64,000 nt of DNA from NCBI RefSeq assembly GCF_009914755.1, contig NC_060928.1; one strand, written 5' to 3'. The position numbers and the translations under genes are program-made. Positions within the stretch are counted from its first letter, which is position 1. The number at the start of each line of letters is the position of its first letter. Below the pieces are notes generated by a model. It saw nothing but the letters and a program-made list of their open reading frames with translations. It made no database searches and was not told the origin of the DNA. Positions 1 to 14,854 of the stretch are shown one piece after another. Source of the stretch: the human T2T-CHM13v2.0 reference genome, Homo sapiens.

Positions 1-3000
1 TTTTCTCTTAAGGCTTTGACACGTCATTCCTGGTATATCAGTTCTATTAGCTATCTAAAGGCACCAGATGTACCGTAGGAGATTATGCCAATAAATCTTT
101 TGTGAATTATATATAGTTTTTACTATTGCTGATCCATTGCCATTCACGCAAGCTCAACCACGTTTGTCTAGGAATGGATTCCAATTTAAGCTTCTTAGGT
201 GCTTCCTTACTGAAAAAATGTTTCTGAAAGTTGTTCTTGCATGATATGACATAATATCAGAGATAAACTCTTTCAGCAGATACTGGTTTATTGATAAGTT
301 ATTTCATCTGTTTGACTTCAGATTTTTCAGTAGATTATTATCTTGGTGAATTCACTAGATACTGCAAGTATATTTTTAGTAAAATATTTTCTGTAAGATC
401 TAACAGTCATTAATTCCATCTGTGTAAAATGGTGATTGGTAGATAGTGCAAAATATGTAACAAAGTGAATGTCTCAAAGATAATATTTAGCAAAGATCAT
501 TTGATGATAGATGTGAATTTATTGAAGTTACGTTTTTACATAGTTCTGCATATACTTTTTTGGATTGCCTTTCTTCACTTTATGAAAACTGGCCGCAGTT
601 AACCTCATTCGTAAACAAGGTTCTTATTCCTTATAGCCATGTGTAGTTTCTACCTCTACGCTTATTTAAATTGTACGCTTCTTTCTGAGCTCAGTTTATG
701 TTTGATCTTTGAAAATTATTATTAATTTTTAGTAATCATTAATACATTCTCTATCTTAATAACTACTGCAACACGTAGAGCCAGAAATAACTATCACACT
801 TGGGTTTTTTTTTTTTTCCAAATAGTGGTTGAATTTCTATTCACGTCTCAAGACCCAGATCAAGTATTTCCACTCTGATCCATCTGAGAAAATTGATCAC
901 TGCATCCTTCCTGCCACTCTGATGCCTGACATACACCATTATCTTTGTATTTGTCATACTCTCTTGCTGTTTTCTATTTTTATTTTGGTGTCACCTACCC
1001 TTCTTTCCTGAACTCTTTTGGTTTTTGCTTCTCACTATAAAATATAACAGAAGCAAAATTAAAATACAATGTAACAAAAATATGAGCTTTTCTCTATCTT
1101 TGTTTTTCATTGTATCTAATAAGACTAAAATCTATTAATATATTCATGCGTTTTAAACATTTGCTTCTGCTCTTAAGCAATTTAATCACTGAGTTTTCAT
1201 TGGTTTTACAGGTATTTACGGAATGGCTACTACTGGGCTCATTTCTCTGCTTGGTGCAATGGGGAGAACACATAGTATTAAACAGAGTATTTACCTCAAA
1301 AGAATTTATTTCTCTTTAGGGAAACAAAATACAGATGCCTGAAAAACATCAACACTACACTACACAGAATCTGAGATTTTTGGCAATGAAGAAGTATATG
1401 TAAGGGCAAACATAATGAACTGAGTGGGGATATGTGATATGCAGAGCTGTCTTACATATAGGTGTCTTCATGCAAAATAATGGACAGCCTTCAGAGATCT
1501 AAAGTTAGCATTTTAGATTCCTTTTATACCAGTATCAATTCCTTTGCACAGCATTCTTAGCAACTTGCCTTTGTCTGAAAATTCTTGCCTTTCAGTTTGC
1601 ACACTGAAGTTGAAAATAGATTCGTCCATGAAAAATTAAGAATAGAGAATTGGACATAATAAAACATCCTTATGGAACATTTTGGCCATGCCACTATTCA
1701 TCTCTAGCTTTTGGTCAGTCTGTGAGATTTAATACTCAAGAACCAGTGGATCCACTTACTGCAAGTTGTCTCACCTGCAGTGAAGTCATCATTTTTAAGC
1801 CTGATTTGCTCTTCCAAGAAAAGGACAGGTAAAACAAAACCAAAAGCCAAAAACCAAAACCCTGTATCATGGTTATCCTCAAATGTTTTACTTAATAGGA
1901 TCAAGGATCTCGCTCATATTTTTTGATTGTGAGATGCTGGTGCATGAATAAAGTGGTTGATCATGGTTTTATGATGTCAGAGAAACTTCCATAATACTAA
2001 ATCTGACACTATTAATTTCTCTCCTATAATTGTGTCAATAGCATTTTGTAATTTAATATTAAATCATTTTTTATAAATAACAGATTGGGCATCAGTCTGC
2101 CTTATTCTGATGTCTGTGGGAGGCAAGCCAAAGATACAGCTGATGAAATACAACCTTAGACAAGCTCCATCTGTCCCATTTAGACGATATACAGTGTCAG
2201 ATCTCAGTAGCGGAAGTAATAACTGCAAGCTGCTCTCCAGGGCAGACAGCAAGAGAGGGCTACTGATCACATTGATTAAAATAAACAAACCCTTTGGGTG
2301 GGTTGTAGTAAGTATAAACTTGAACTAGATAACCACTTTCAAAGAGATTTCTGCATTTAGGGCCAGTGTTATGGTGAAAAATGAGGCCAGCTCATTTCAA
2401 ATATATGTACTTTTTATTTGGTCATTAAGAAAATATTTTGGAAGAAACGTTGCTTTCCCTCCTTTAGAAAATAACATTGAAAGGACACAGACCTGTACAA
2501 AATGTTTCCCAAAATTATCAGGACTCAGGGGTATCTTTAAGCTGGATCAGGAGCCTATAATTCAGTCAGGCTTTCCAGAGAAGTTTCCAAAAATAAGGTC
2601 AGCAATGGAAGAATGTGTTTTATCCAGGGTCTAATGGAAGCCTATCTTTCCACTCTGAGCTTTAATGGGAGTCTCAATTATCAGATAAAAGCCATTAATG
2701 CAGATGGACTTCCTGGAAGCAGAAAACTTCTAAAAACCCTAAAACATATTGAATGATGTGGGAATTCTCCCAGAAAAGGTTTCCATTTGAGGTTATCAGT
2801 AAGTATGTAGAAATATTTCAAGGTTAAACTTTTTGCTATTGCTTATTTCTAATAAATATTAAACTCGTTCATACACTAGTCATCTAGTCAGCCCTTACAA
2901 GCAAAATCTGAAGCGGTTTTGAGAACACTGAAAATGAGCAAAGGTGATTCAGTCTAAACTAGAGTGAACTTTTTTTTGTAATCACAAAATGAAGCTTGAT

Positions 3001-3530
3001 TGTCCATATGTGTATAATCGACTTCTATGATCAAAATTTATTTTAGCCTGCCTTTTTTATATTTCACTGCAAATTTGGTGAAGAAGAACATAAGATTATT
3101 TTTTAACTCAATGGCAATAGTTCATTTTTATAATTATCGAGCAACATTTATTGAAGAACAGCTAAGTATATATTTTGTCTTGAACTCTAATGAGAATGTT
3201 ATTATGTAGAAGTGAAGCAATCTTTTTTTCTGAAACAGGAAGCTATCCACTAAATTGAATTGTGGTTACACAAGATGCTAACATAACTCTAGAAATGGAA
3301 AGCATTTTCATAAAGCATCAAGCAGATATCTAAGTGGGCAAATCAACATTTTAAATATCATGCTTCCTTAATCATCAAATAAGAAGGTCAAGTTATATGA
3401 TTTCTAAAATTCTTACTGCTTCATCCTCTTTGATTGATGAATTATATTTATAAATGAAAATAGCACAAACTCACTGTTACCCATATCTGTAGCATGTAAT
3501 ATTTTAGAAATCTTTGAATGTCTTCTAGGT

Positions 3531-3676
3531 CGGAGTTTTTCAACCTCAGCACTATTGACATTTGTGGCCAGATAATTCTTTGTTGTGGAGCTGTCCTGTG
3601 CTTTATAGAATATTTAGCAGCATCTCTGTCTTCTAACTACTAGAAACCGTTAACAACCTATCCACTTTCAGTTGTA
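3531..3676. mobile_element. MER20 (hAT-Charlie DNA transposon), truncated
   Basis: tttttcaacctcagcactattgacatttgtggccagataattctttgttgtgg...tttagcagcatc matches the MER20 consensus as recalled; ends at the adjacent L1 fragment. Confidence 0.85.
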
Positions 3677-4450
3677 ATTAGGGAAATACAAGTTAAAACA
3701 ACAATGAGATACTTTTATACACCCAATTAATATGGTTAAAATTTAAAAAGTTAGATATTATCAAGTGTTAGCAAGAATATCAAGTGCTGAACAACAGAAA
3801 TTCTGTTAAACATACTGGTGAAATATAAGTTAATTACTCTGAACCAGTTTGATGTTACCTACCAATGTTGAAGATAGTCTTACCCTTTAACTAGTAGTTT
3901 TTCTCATTTTATGCATTCCAGAAATGAGTATTTAGTTTCACTAGAATGCATGTAGAAGAATGTTTATAGAATCTTTTTCTGTAGTAGTCCCATACTGGAA
4001 ATGTTTTATATCACGGGAGAATGGTTTAAAAATAAGACATATTTATAAATCAGAACACAGATACGAAAATGAGTTAAAAATAGATACACAACAATAACAT
4101 GGATAGGTATTAAAAACAGTTTTCAGCAAAATAATTTATACACAAAAGGAAACATACTCTGTGATTTTATTCACATAAAGTTCAAAACAGGCAAAAATAA
4201 ACCATATTATTTAGAGATATATCATTAAGGGTTAAAAGTATAAAGATAAATGTAGGTTAACCTTGGGAGGGAGAAAGGGTGTTGTCACCAGTAAGGGGCA
4301 TTTGGGGACCTTTTAAAGGACTAGTAATAGTTTTTCTCTCGTTCCTGGCTATCAGATATATAAGTGTTCATAGTGTAGTAACTCATTACATTGTACATTT
4401 ATACTTTAGCATTTTTCTGCATGTGTGCTTTGTTTCCACAAACATAAAAA
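3677..4450 (+). mobile_element. Old L1ME-type 3' fragment
   Basis: gggaaatacaagttaaaacaacaatgagatac (end of ORF2) followed by a diverged L1M 3'UTR (catactctgtgattttattcacataaagttcaaaacaggcaaaa). Confidence 0.75.
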
Positions 4451-4849
4451 CTGAAAGTTATTTACTTGCACTAAAACCATGAAACTGGCACATGGGTAAA
4501 ATGTTTTGAAATTTTTTACAGTCTTCAAGTAGAAGAAAATTGTTCAAATAAAGGATCCAGCTAGAAAGCATCTCTGAATTTTTAAAGTTTTTAGTGGATT
4601 TCATAGAGATTTTGAAGAAAGAGGCATTCATTTAAAACAAAGAATAGATTAAGAGACAGTGTAACATAACCAATTACAATTTCAGACCTTTCAAATGGAG
4701 TCCAAGGTCTTCATACTATACATCTAAGTGCCTTTGAATTATTTCTACTTCTTCTTTCACATTAACTTTCGAGTTGCTCTTTTTGACAAATATTGAAGAT
4801 GAAGTAATGTAAGGCCAGTTACACGTATTTCACAGGTAGGTGGGTCACT

Positions 4850-6625
4850 ACCCTTTCTTCTTATCATCCTAATCATCTCATTATATAACCAACACCACTT
4901 TTATCCTTTAAAAATTGCATACCTTATCAAAGATTCTCTTGCTCTAGATCTCATAATTTCCAGCGATCAGAGTACACCTTTTTCTTCCTCCATTAGTCAA
5001 ATCTGTAAGCTAAAACCTGTATCTCTAACCATTTTCTGTGCGTTCTGTCCTGTTCCAATGGAAGAAATTACCCTGTTGCTATCAAATCCAAATCTTTATA
5101 TCCCTCATGCTTTTATTGTCTCTTTTCTTTCTGAAAATATTTCCTCTTCCTGATTTTCAATATTTTTTCTCCAGAAATCAACAGTCTTTTCTTTTTATCA
5201 GCATAAAACGTATAGTAGTATTTCCCATCTTAAAAAAAATCCTTTCTTTACAGCCCCCTTCAGTCATATACCTATTTCTGTGCATCCCTTCACAATAAAC
5301 TTTTCAAATATGTTATTTACACTGATATGTCTATATTTCTTCAAAATTCTTTTGGTCTCAAATTTGTTTCTGGACAGTCAAGATAAGTCTATCTATCTGT
5401 TCATGGTTGTCATCTGTATATTCCCCTGAATCTCTGAATCTACTCCTGTCAGAAAGCACCAAAACCACCAATTTTTAAAAAATGTAATTACCACCTCAAC
5501 ATCCTTATCCTTCTCAAAATCTAAGCAGCTTTCAAATTTGACCTGTCTTTTTTGAAACATTCTCTTTACTTGGCTTTTTTTTTTTCCATATTTACACTCC
5601 TTATTTAGGTAAGCTTGCCCAGCGTCAAGGCTCAAAAGTCTATCTATATGCTGATGTTGCCCAGTTGTATATCTTGTCTAGAATTATCCCTTGATATTCA
5701 AATTTTTATTTTCAAATGACTATATGATGTCTCCACTGGGATGTTAGGTGAAACCATCTTAAATTCAGTAAGACTAAATATGGAGTTCTCGATTCTTTCC
5801 TCTCCATCTCTCTACCTTCCCTGTTCTTTCCCATTTTATCATTAATTATTAAATTAAAAATCTAGTTAATTCCTCTGCTTATCTCATCTGCCTACTCATA
5901 TTCCAAATATCAATAGACCTTTTAAATTAACTCCCAAAATATTCTGCATTTGTCCACTTGTCTCCACTACTACCACAGAATTTCCAAGCCACCATCATTT
6001 CTTGCCTAGATTTCTTTGCCAGTATCTGATTTGTTTTTCCTAGTTTTATTCTTACTTATTTTCCAATATGTTGTAGACACAAGAGAATCAGTTTTTTAAA
6101 TTAATTTTTAATTTAATAACATCTTACTTAAAACCTCAGTGGCTTAATTGCTCTTGTAAATAAGTTAAAATTCCTCACCAGACTACATGAACCTACATAA
6201 CCCAAATTCTGCCTTCCTTTCCAACTTCATGTTTTGCTACCCACTGAGCTTCATGAGCAATGATCATTTTCTGTCACCTTCTTGAACACCCCAAGTATTT
6301 TCCTACTCAGAGCCTTTGCACCTGCTCTGCCTTATGCTTGGTTCTTTTCCCAACTCTTCTTGACAGCTTATTTTTATTTTCGAAACTTCAACTCTTTAAA
6401 ACAGCTTCCAAATATGCACACATATTTCAGTTACTTTCTACGACAGTACACAGTTCATATCCTTTATAGAAACAATCACAAACTGTAATTCTCTTGTTTG
6501 ATCATTTATTAGTTTAATATACATTTACCTAGTAATATAAGCTGCAAGAGACAAGGACTTTACCTGCCACTGTACCAATACCTAGGAACTGCCATGCACC
6601 TACCAGATTCTCAGTAAATACCCAT
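4850..6625 (+). mobile_element. L2 LINE remnant
   Basis: Pyrimidine-rich L2 motifs (tatatgctgatg, caagccaccatcatttcttgcctaga, agagcctttgcacctgct) and an L2-like 3' end near 6540-6620; boundaries approximate. Confidence 0.75.
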
Positions 6626-7494
6626 TGCAACTGTAACAGCGTGGTTGATTGAAGTAATTAACTAAGTACCCAATTAAGTAATGAGTGAGATAAACAAAGC
6701 CGTTATTTCTAGAAACATGGTATCTATCAGTTTTTAAAAATTGTCATTGGATACAATTTTTAAGAGGATAGATCCTAGGAAGAAGTTGATCTAGGAACTT
6801 CCTGATCTGAGTTTTATGTTTTTGTCTATTTTGGATGCAGATAGTTAGCTTTGAGAGAAGAATGGGAAAGACGAGACTTTTTGCTTTCAAGATGTTATTA
6901 AAAGCAGTTAAAAGAGAGGTGTGGTTTAGGGCATTTTTCTGAAAAAAAAAGATTATTGTATATTTAATGAAATAGTTTGATCAACAATAATTGAAGTGAA
7001 ATGTTGATGGTCATATCTTTTTGGTGCAGTCATTTTTTTTCTCATCTAAGATGGGTTCTGATTTCACACATAACTAAGGCTGTTAGAGCATTTATTTCCT
7101 GTGAATCAAATCAATTTTATTTTTAAAATTTATTTTGGTCTCATATTTGTCTCTGGACATTCAAGATAAAAAAAGAAAAATAGTTTGTTTTAACTAAGTT
7201 TTTGAGTGAATATTATAAAGCCTGCATATTAAAGGTACACAGAAAATATTTTTTAATAAAAAAGAATTATATATCTGGTAATTGATTATTTCTTACCTGG
7301 TGAATTCCCCATCTTACTAGACTTTTTTTTTTTTTATTTAATCACATTTATTTGCTAAACAAAGTCAGAATATTTTGAAATTTTCTCTGTAAATCTATTT
7401 TTATCCCTCCAACTATAACAGATTTCTGACATTTCTGCACAAGGTTGTCAGCTTATAGAATCAAATAGACTTACGAATTTTGAAAATAAACCTG

Positions 7495-7655
7495 AGAGAT
7501 GCTATAGTTATTCCTATTTCACAAATGTGGGAACTAAGGTACAGAGAAATTAATTTACTTGCCTATAGTCACAAAGATTGTAAGTGACAGAGCCAGGCTT
7601 GAAAGCTCTGTAGTCTGACTCCACAATTTGCCTGTTAACCTCTAAACTACAACAC
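7495..7655 (-). mobile_element. MIR SINE
   Basis: cctatttcacaaatgtgggaactaaggtacagagaaattaatttacttgcctatagtcaca...gtgacagagccagg is the antisense MIR core. Confidence 0.8.
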
Positions 7656-8049
7656 TGTTTATTGGCACCTGGTTTGCTTTTCTGAGTGAATTTAATATCA
7701 TAATACAGTAAGATTTAGTGATACATTTCATATAATTGAATTTTGCAAATTTAGTGTTTTGAAGTTTTTCTTATCACTCAAATGAGTCAGTGTACATAGT
7801 GTGAGATTTTGATTCTGATTTTTTTTTGGTATAAAATGAGAATAATAACACTATTCCTAGTACCAAGTAGGATATTGTAGACATTTAAAAATGTAAGATT
7901 TATTCCACCCCCTTGAATCAGAGATATGAATTTTTATATTCTAGAATAAAAATCTGAGATGGGATTCAAGTGCTAGTGACTGAAGATGTCTTCAGAAGAA
8001 GGCAACTGGAGGAAACATAATAGATTAGGGGAAGAAGATAAGCAAAAAT

Positions 8050-8360
8050 GTAAGTTTAACCTTATCTTGATTACACTGGGAGCTCTAGAGTGCCAATTAC
8101 ACTGGAGATTTGTTCCTTGATACAAAGGGAACAGCCATTTTAATCTGTCTGTCATTGGCTACCGACTATGAGGAAAGAAGGATGAGGATGAGGAATGGTG
8201 TGCATATTCCACAAGACAAATAGCTCCTATTTAGTCAGTGGCAGCTGTCTAGAGAAGAGGTAGCTGTGACCCTTAATCAACCAGCTTATAGCAGATGGGG
8301 GATGCCTGCATCTGCCCTGGTAAAGGGATTTGGGTGAGGGCCCAACAGTATCTACTATAT
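8050..8360 (-). mobile_element. LTR16A-like (ERVL) LTR fragment
   Basis: agctgtgaccc...gcagatgggggatg...ctggtaaagggatttgggtgagggcccaacagtatctactata resembles the reverse complement of the LTR16 5' end. Confidence 0.65.
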
Positions 8361-9002
8361 TAATGGTGTCCAGAATTTGAAATCACAATTCACATATGTT
8401 ATAGGCCTCCTTAAGTCATGAATAATATGATTGAGATGTTAAATTAACCACTGACTGTGTGCATTTGTCCCTCAGCATGGTGATACTGCTAAGATTTACA
8501 GAGCTTAATTCAAAGTGGATGAGATTTTCTAAAAAAATTAAAACTTGGAGCTTTGAGGCCTGACCTTTATTTTTTGCACTCAGTGAATTATAAAATAATT
8601 AGCAGTTTCCATGTCACCATGACACAAGTTGCTGGTACTATTATCAGCATAACATGCTGTGGAATTAACATGAAATATACTACAAGAAGTCACAAAATTA
8701 TAAGAAAATCAAAACGTAGCTGTAATATTGGGAGTGAGTCAAACTTTTATAAAATTTTATATTGCTTACGTATTTCTTCAATAACTAATCCTTAAACACA
8801 AATGAGCTTGTCCCATGATGGAATAATTAATCTCTGAGATCCTCCTTTATTCAGTCTGACTTTCTGGCATGTTTTCCACTTCCCATGATCCTCACATGTT
8901 CTCCCTTCTGTCATTCCTCGGTTCAGTCTTGCCACAAAAGCTCTTTGAGAACGCGGTGAGTGTGTTCTCCCTTCTCTCTGACACACATTCCACAGCATCT
9001 TT

Positions 9003-9440
9003 TGATAGAAATGTATGTTTTGCTGTTGTTATATGACATGTTCTGCACATCTGTCAGGTCAAGTTCACTTATGGTGTCATTCCATCCTCCTATTTCCCCA
9101 TTGATCTTCTGCCTAGTTGTTCTATCCACTGTTGAAAGTAGAATATCCAGGCTTCCAGTTAATATCCAGGCTTCCAGTTATTATTATTGAATTGTCTATT
9201 TATCTCTACAACTCTGTCAGTTTTTACTTCATATGTTTTTGGGCTCTGTTGTTAGATTCACATATGTTTAGAATTGTTATATTGTTTCTACTAATTTCCT
9301 CTATAATTATAGAATGTCTTCTTTTTTTTAGTAACAAGTTTTGTTTCAAAGTATCTTTTGTCCCTTTTATTAGCATTTGCATGGCATATAATTTTCTATT
9401 CTTTTATTTTACTTCAATATAAGGTTGGTCTTTTGTAGAG
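9003..9440 (-). mobile_element. Inverted 5' segment of an old L1M (ORF2 endonuclease region)
   Basis: Minus-strand ORF MDRTTRQKINGEIGGWNDTISELDLTDV is homologous to the L1 ORF2 EN domain. Confidence 0.85.
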
Positions 9441-12465
<3,025 letters not shown>

Positions 12466-12667
12466 ACAGGTTGCCGGCAAGATGGCCAAACAGGAACAGC
12501 TCCATTCTGCAGCTCCCAGCAAGATCGATGCAGTAGGCGAGTGATTTCTGCATTTTCAACTGAGGTATCCGGTTCATCTCACTGGGACTGGTTGGAAAGT
12601 AGATGCAGCCCAAGAAGGGCGAGCTGAAGTAGTTTGGGGCATTGCCTCACCTGGGAAGTTCAAGGGG

Positions 12668-13090
12668 TCAGGGAACTCCCTCTCCCAGCCAAGGGAAGCC
12701 ATTAGTGACTCCACCGTGCACCCTGGTCCGGATACTGCGTTCTTCCATCCTCTTTGCAACCTGAAGACCAGGAGATTCCTTCTGGTGCCTACCCCAACAG
12801 GGCCCGCAGTTTCCAGCACAAAACTGGGCGGCCGTTTGAGCAGACACTGAGCTAGCCACAGGAGTTTCTTTTTCATACCCCAGTGGCGCCTGGAATGCTA
12901 GCAGGACAGAACCACTCTCTCCGTGCAAAGGGGGTCGAAGCCAGGGAGCCAGGTGGTCTGGCTCAGTGGGTCTCACCCCCACAGAGCCCAGCAAGCTAAG
13001 ATCCACTGGCTTGAAATTCCCATGCCAGCATAGCAGTCTGAGCTTGACCTGGGACACTCGAGCTTCGTGGGGGAAAGGGGCGTCTGCCAT
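12668..13090 (-). other. L1 ORF0-homologous antisense ORF (140 aa)
   Basis: Starts MADAPFP in a gcaATGg context and contains SVGVRPTEP (L1HS ORF0 has MAGAPPP...SVGVGPSEP); open to the stop at 12668 per the ORF track. Confidence 0.6.
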
Positions 13091-13771
13091 TGCTGAGGCT
13101 TGTGTAGGCAGTTTCATCCTCACAGTGTAAACAAAGCTGCCAGAAAGTTCGAACTGGGCAGAACCCAACGCAGCTCAGCAAGGCCACTGCGGCCAGACTG
13201 CCTCCTCTCCGGGCAGGGCATCTCTGAAAAAAAAGGCAGCAGCCCCAGTCAGGAACTTATAGATAAAACCCCCACCTCCCTGGAACAGAGCACCTTGGGG
13301 AAGGGGCGGTCGTGGGCGCAGCTTCAGCAGACTTAAATCTCCCTACCTGGCAGCTCTGAAGAGAGCAGCAAATCTACCAGCACAGTGTTTGGACTCTGAT
13401 AAGGGACAGACTGCCTCTTCAAGTGGATCCCTGACCCCCATGTATCCTGACTAGGAGACACCTCCCAGTAGGGGCCGAAAGACACCTCACAGAGGACAGC
13501 TCTGGCTGGCATCTGGCAGGTGCCCCTCTGGGAAGAAGCTTCCAGAGGAAGGAACAGGCAGCAATCTTTGTTGGTCTGCAGCCTCCGCCGGTGATACCTA
13601 GGCAAGCAGGGTCTGCAGCAAACTCCAGCAGACCTGTAGCACAGGGTCCTGACTGTTAGAAGGAAAACTAACAAACAGAATAGTATCAACATCAACAAAA
13701 AGGATGTCCACTCAGAGGCCCCATCCGAAGGTCACCAACTTCAAAGACCAAAGATAGATAAATCCACGAAG

Positions 13772-14790
13772 ATGGGGAGAAACCAGTGCAAAAAGCCTGA
13801 AAATTCCAAAAAACAGAGCATCCATTTTCCTCCAAAGGACCACAACTCCTCGCCAGCAAGGGAACAAAACTGGGTGGAGAATGAGTTTGATGAATTGACA
13901 GAAGCAGGCTTCAGAAGGTGGATAATAACAAACTCCTCTGAGCTAAAGGAGCATGTTCTAACCCAGTGCAAGGAAGCTAAGAACCTTGAAAAAAAGTTAG
14001 ATGAATTGCTAACTGGAATAACCAGTTTAGAGAAGAATATAAATGACCTGATGGAGCTGAACAACACAGCATGAGAACTTCATGAAGCATACACAATTAT
14101 CAATAGCTGAATGAATGAAACAGAAGAAAGAATATCAGACACTGAAGATCAACTCAATGAAATAAAATGAGAACACAAGATTCGAGAAAAAAGAGTGAGA
14201 AGAAACAAACAAAGCCTCCAAGAATATGGGACTATATGAAAAGACCAAACTTAAGCTTGAATGGTGTACCTGAAAGTGATTGGGAGAATGGAACCAAGTT
14301 GGAAAACACTCTTCAGGATATCGAAGAGAACTTCCTCAACCTAGCAAGGCAGGCCAACATTCAAATACAGGAAATATAGAGAACACCACAGAGGTACTCA
14401 TCGAGAAGAGCAACCCCAAGACATACAATCGTCAGATTCATCAAGGTTGATATGAAGGAAAAAATGTCAAGGGCAGAGAGAAAGGTTGGGTTACCCACAA
14501 AGGGAAACCCATCAGACTAACAGCGGATCACTCAGCAGAAACCCAATAAGACAGAAGAGAGTGGGGGCCAATATTCGACATTCTTAAAGGAAAGAATTTC
14601 CAACCCAGAATTTCATATCCAGCCAAACTAAGCTTCATAAGTGAAGGAGAAATACAATCCTTTACAGACAAGCAAATGCTGAGAGATTTTGTCACCACCA
14701 GGCCTGCCCTACAACAGCTCCTGAAGGAAGCACTAAACATGGAAAGGAACAACCAGTACCACACCATTGCAAAAAGATACCAAATTGGAA
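13772..14790 (+). pseudogene. L1 ORF1p, disrupted
   Basis: MGRNQCKKPENSK...HNSSPAREQNWVENEFDELTEAGFRR; premature TGA at 14072-14074 plus further stops and frameshifts. Confidence 0.9.
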
Positions 14791-14854
14791 AGACCATCGA
14801 CACTAGTGAAGAAACTGCATCAACTAACAGATAAAATAACCAGCTAGCATCATA

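Noticed and set aside
1775-1830. Opposing splice-like motifs (minus CAG|GTGAGA, plus CAG|GTAAAA)
   Set aside because: Would give only tiny exons with weak partner sites; expected by chance in 64 kb
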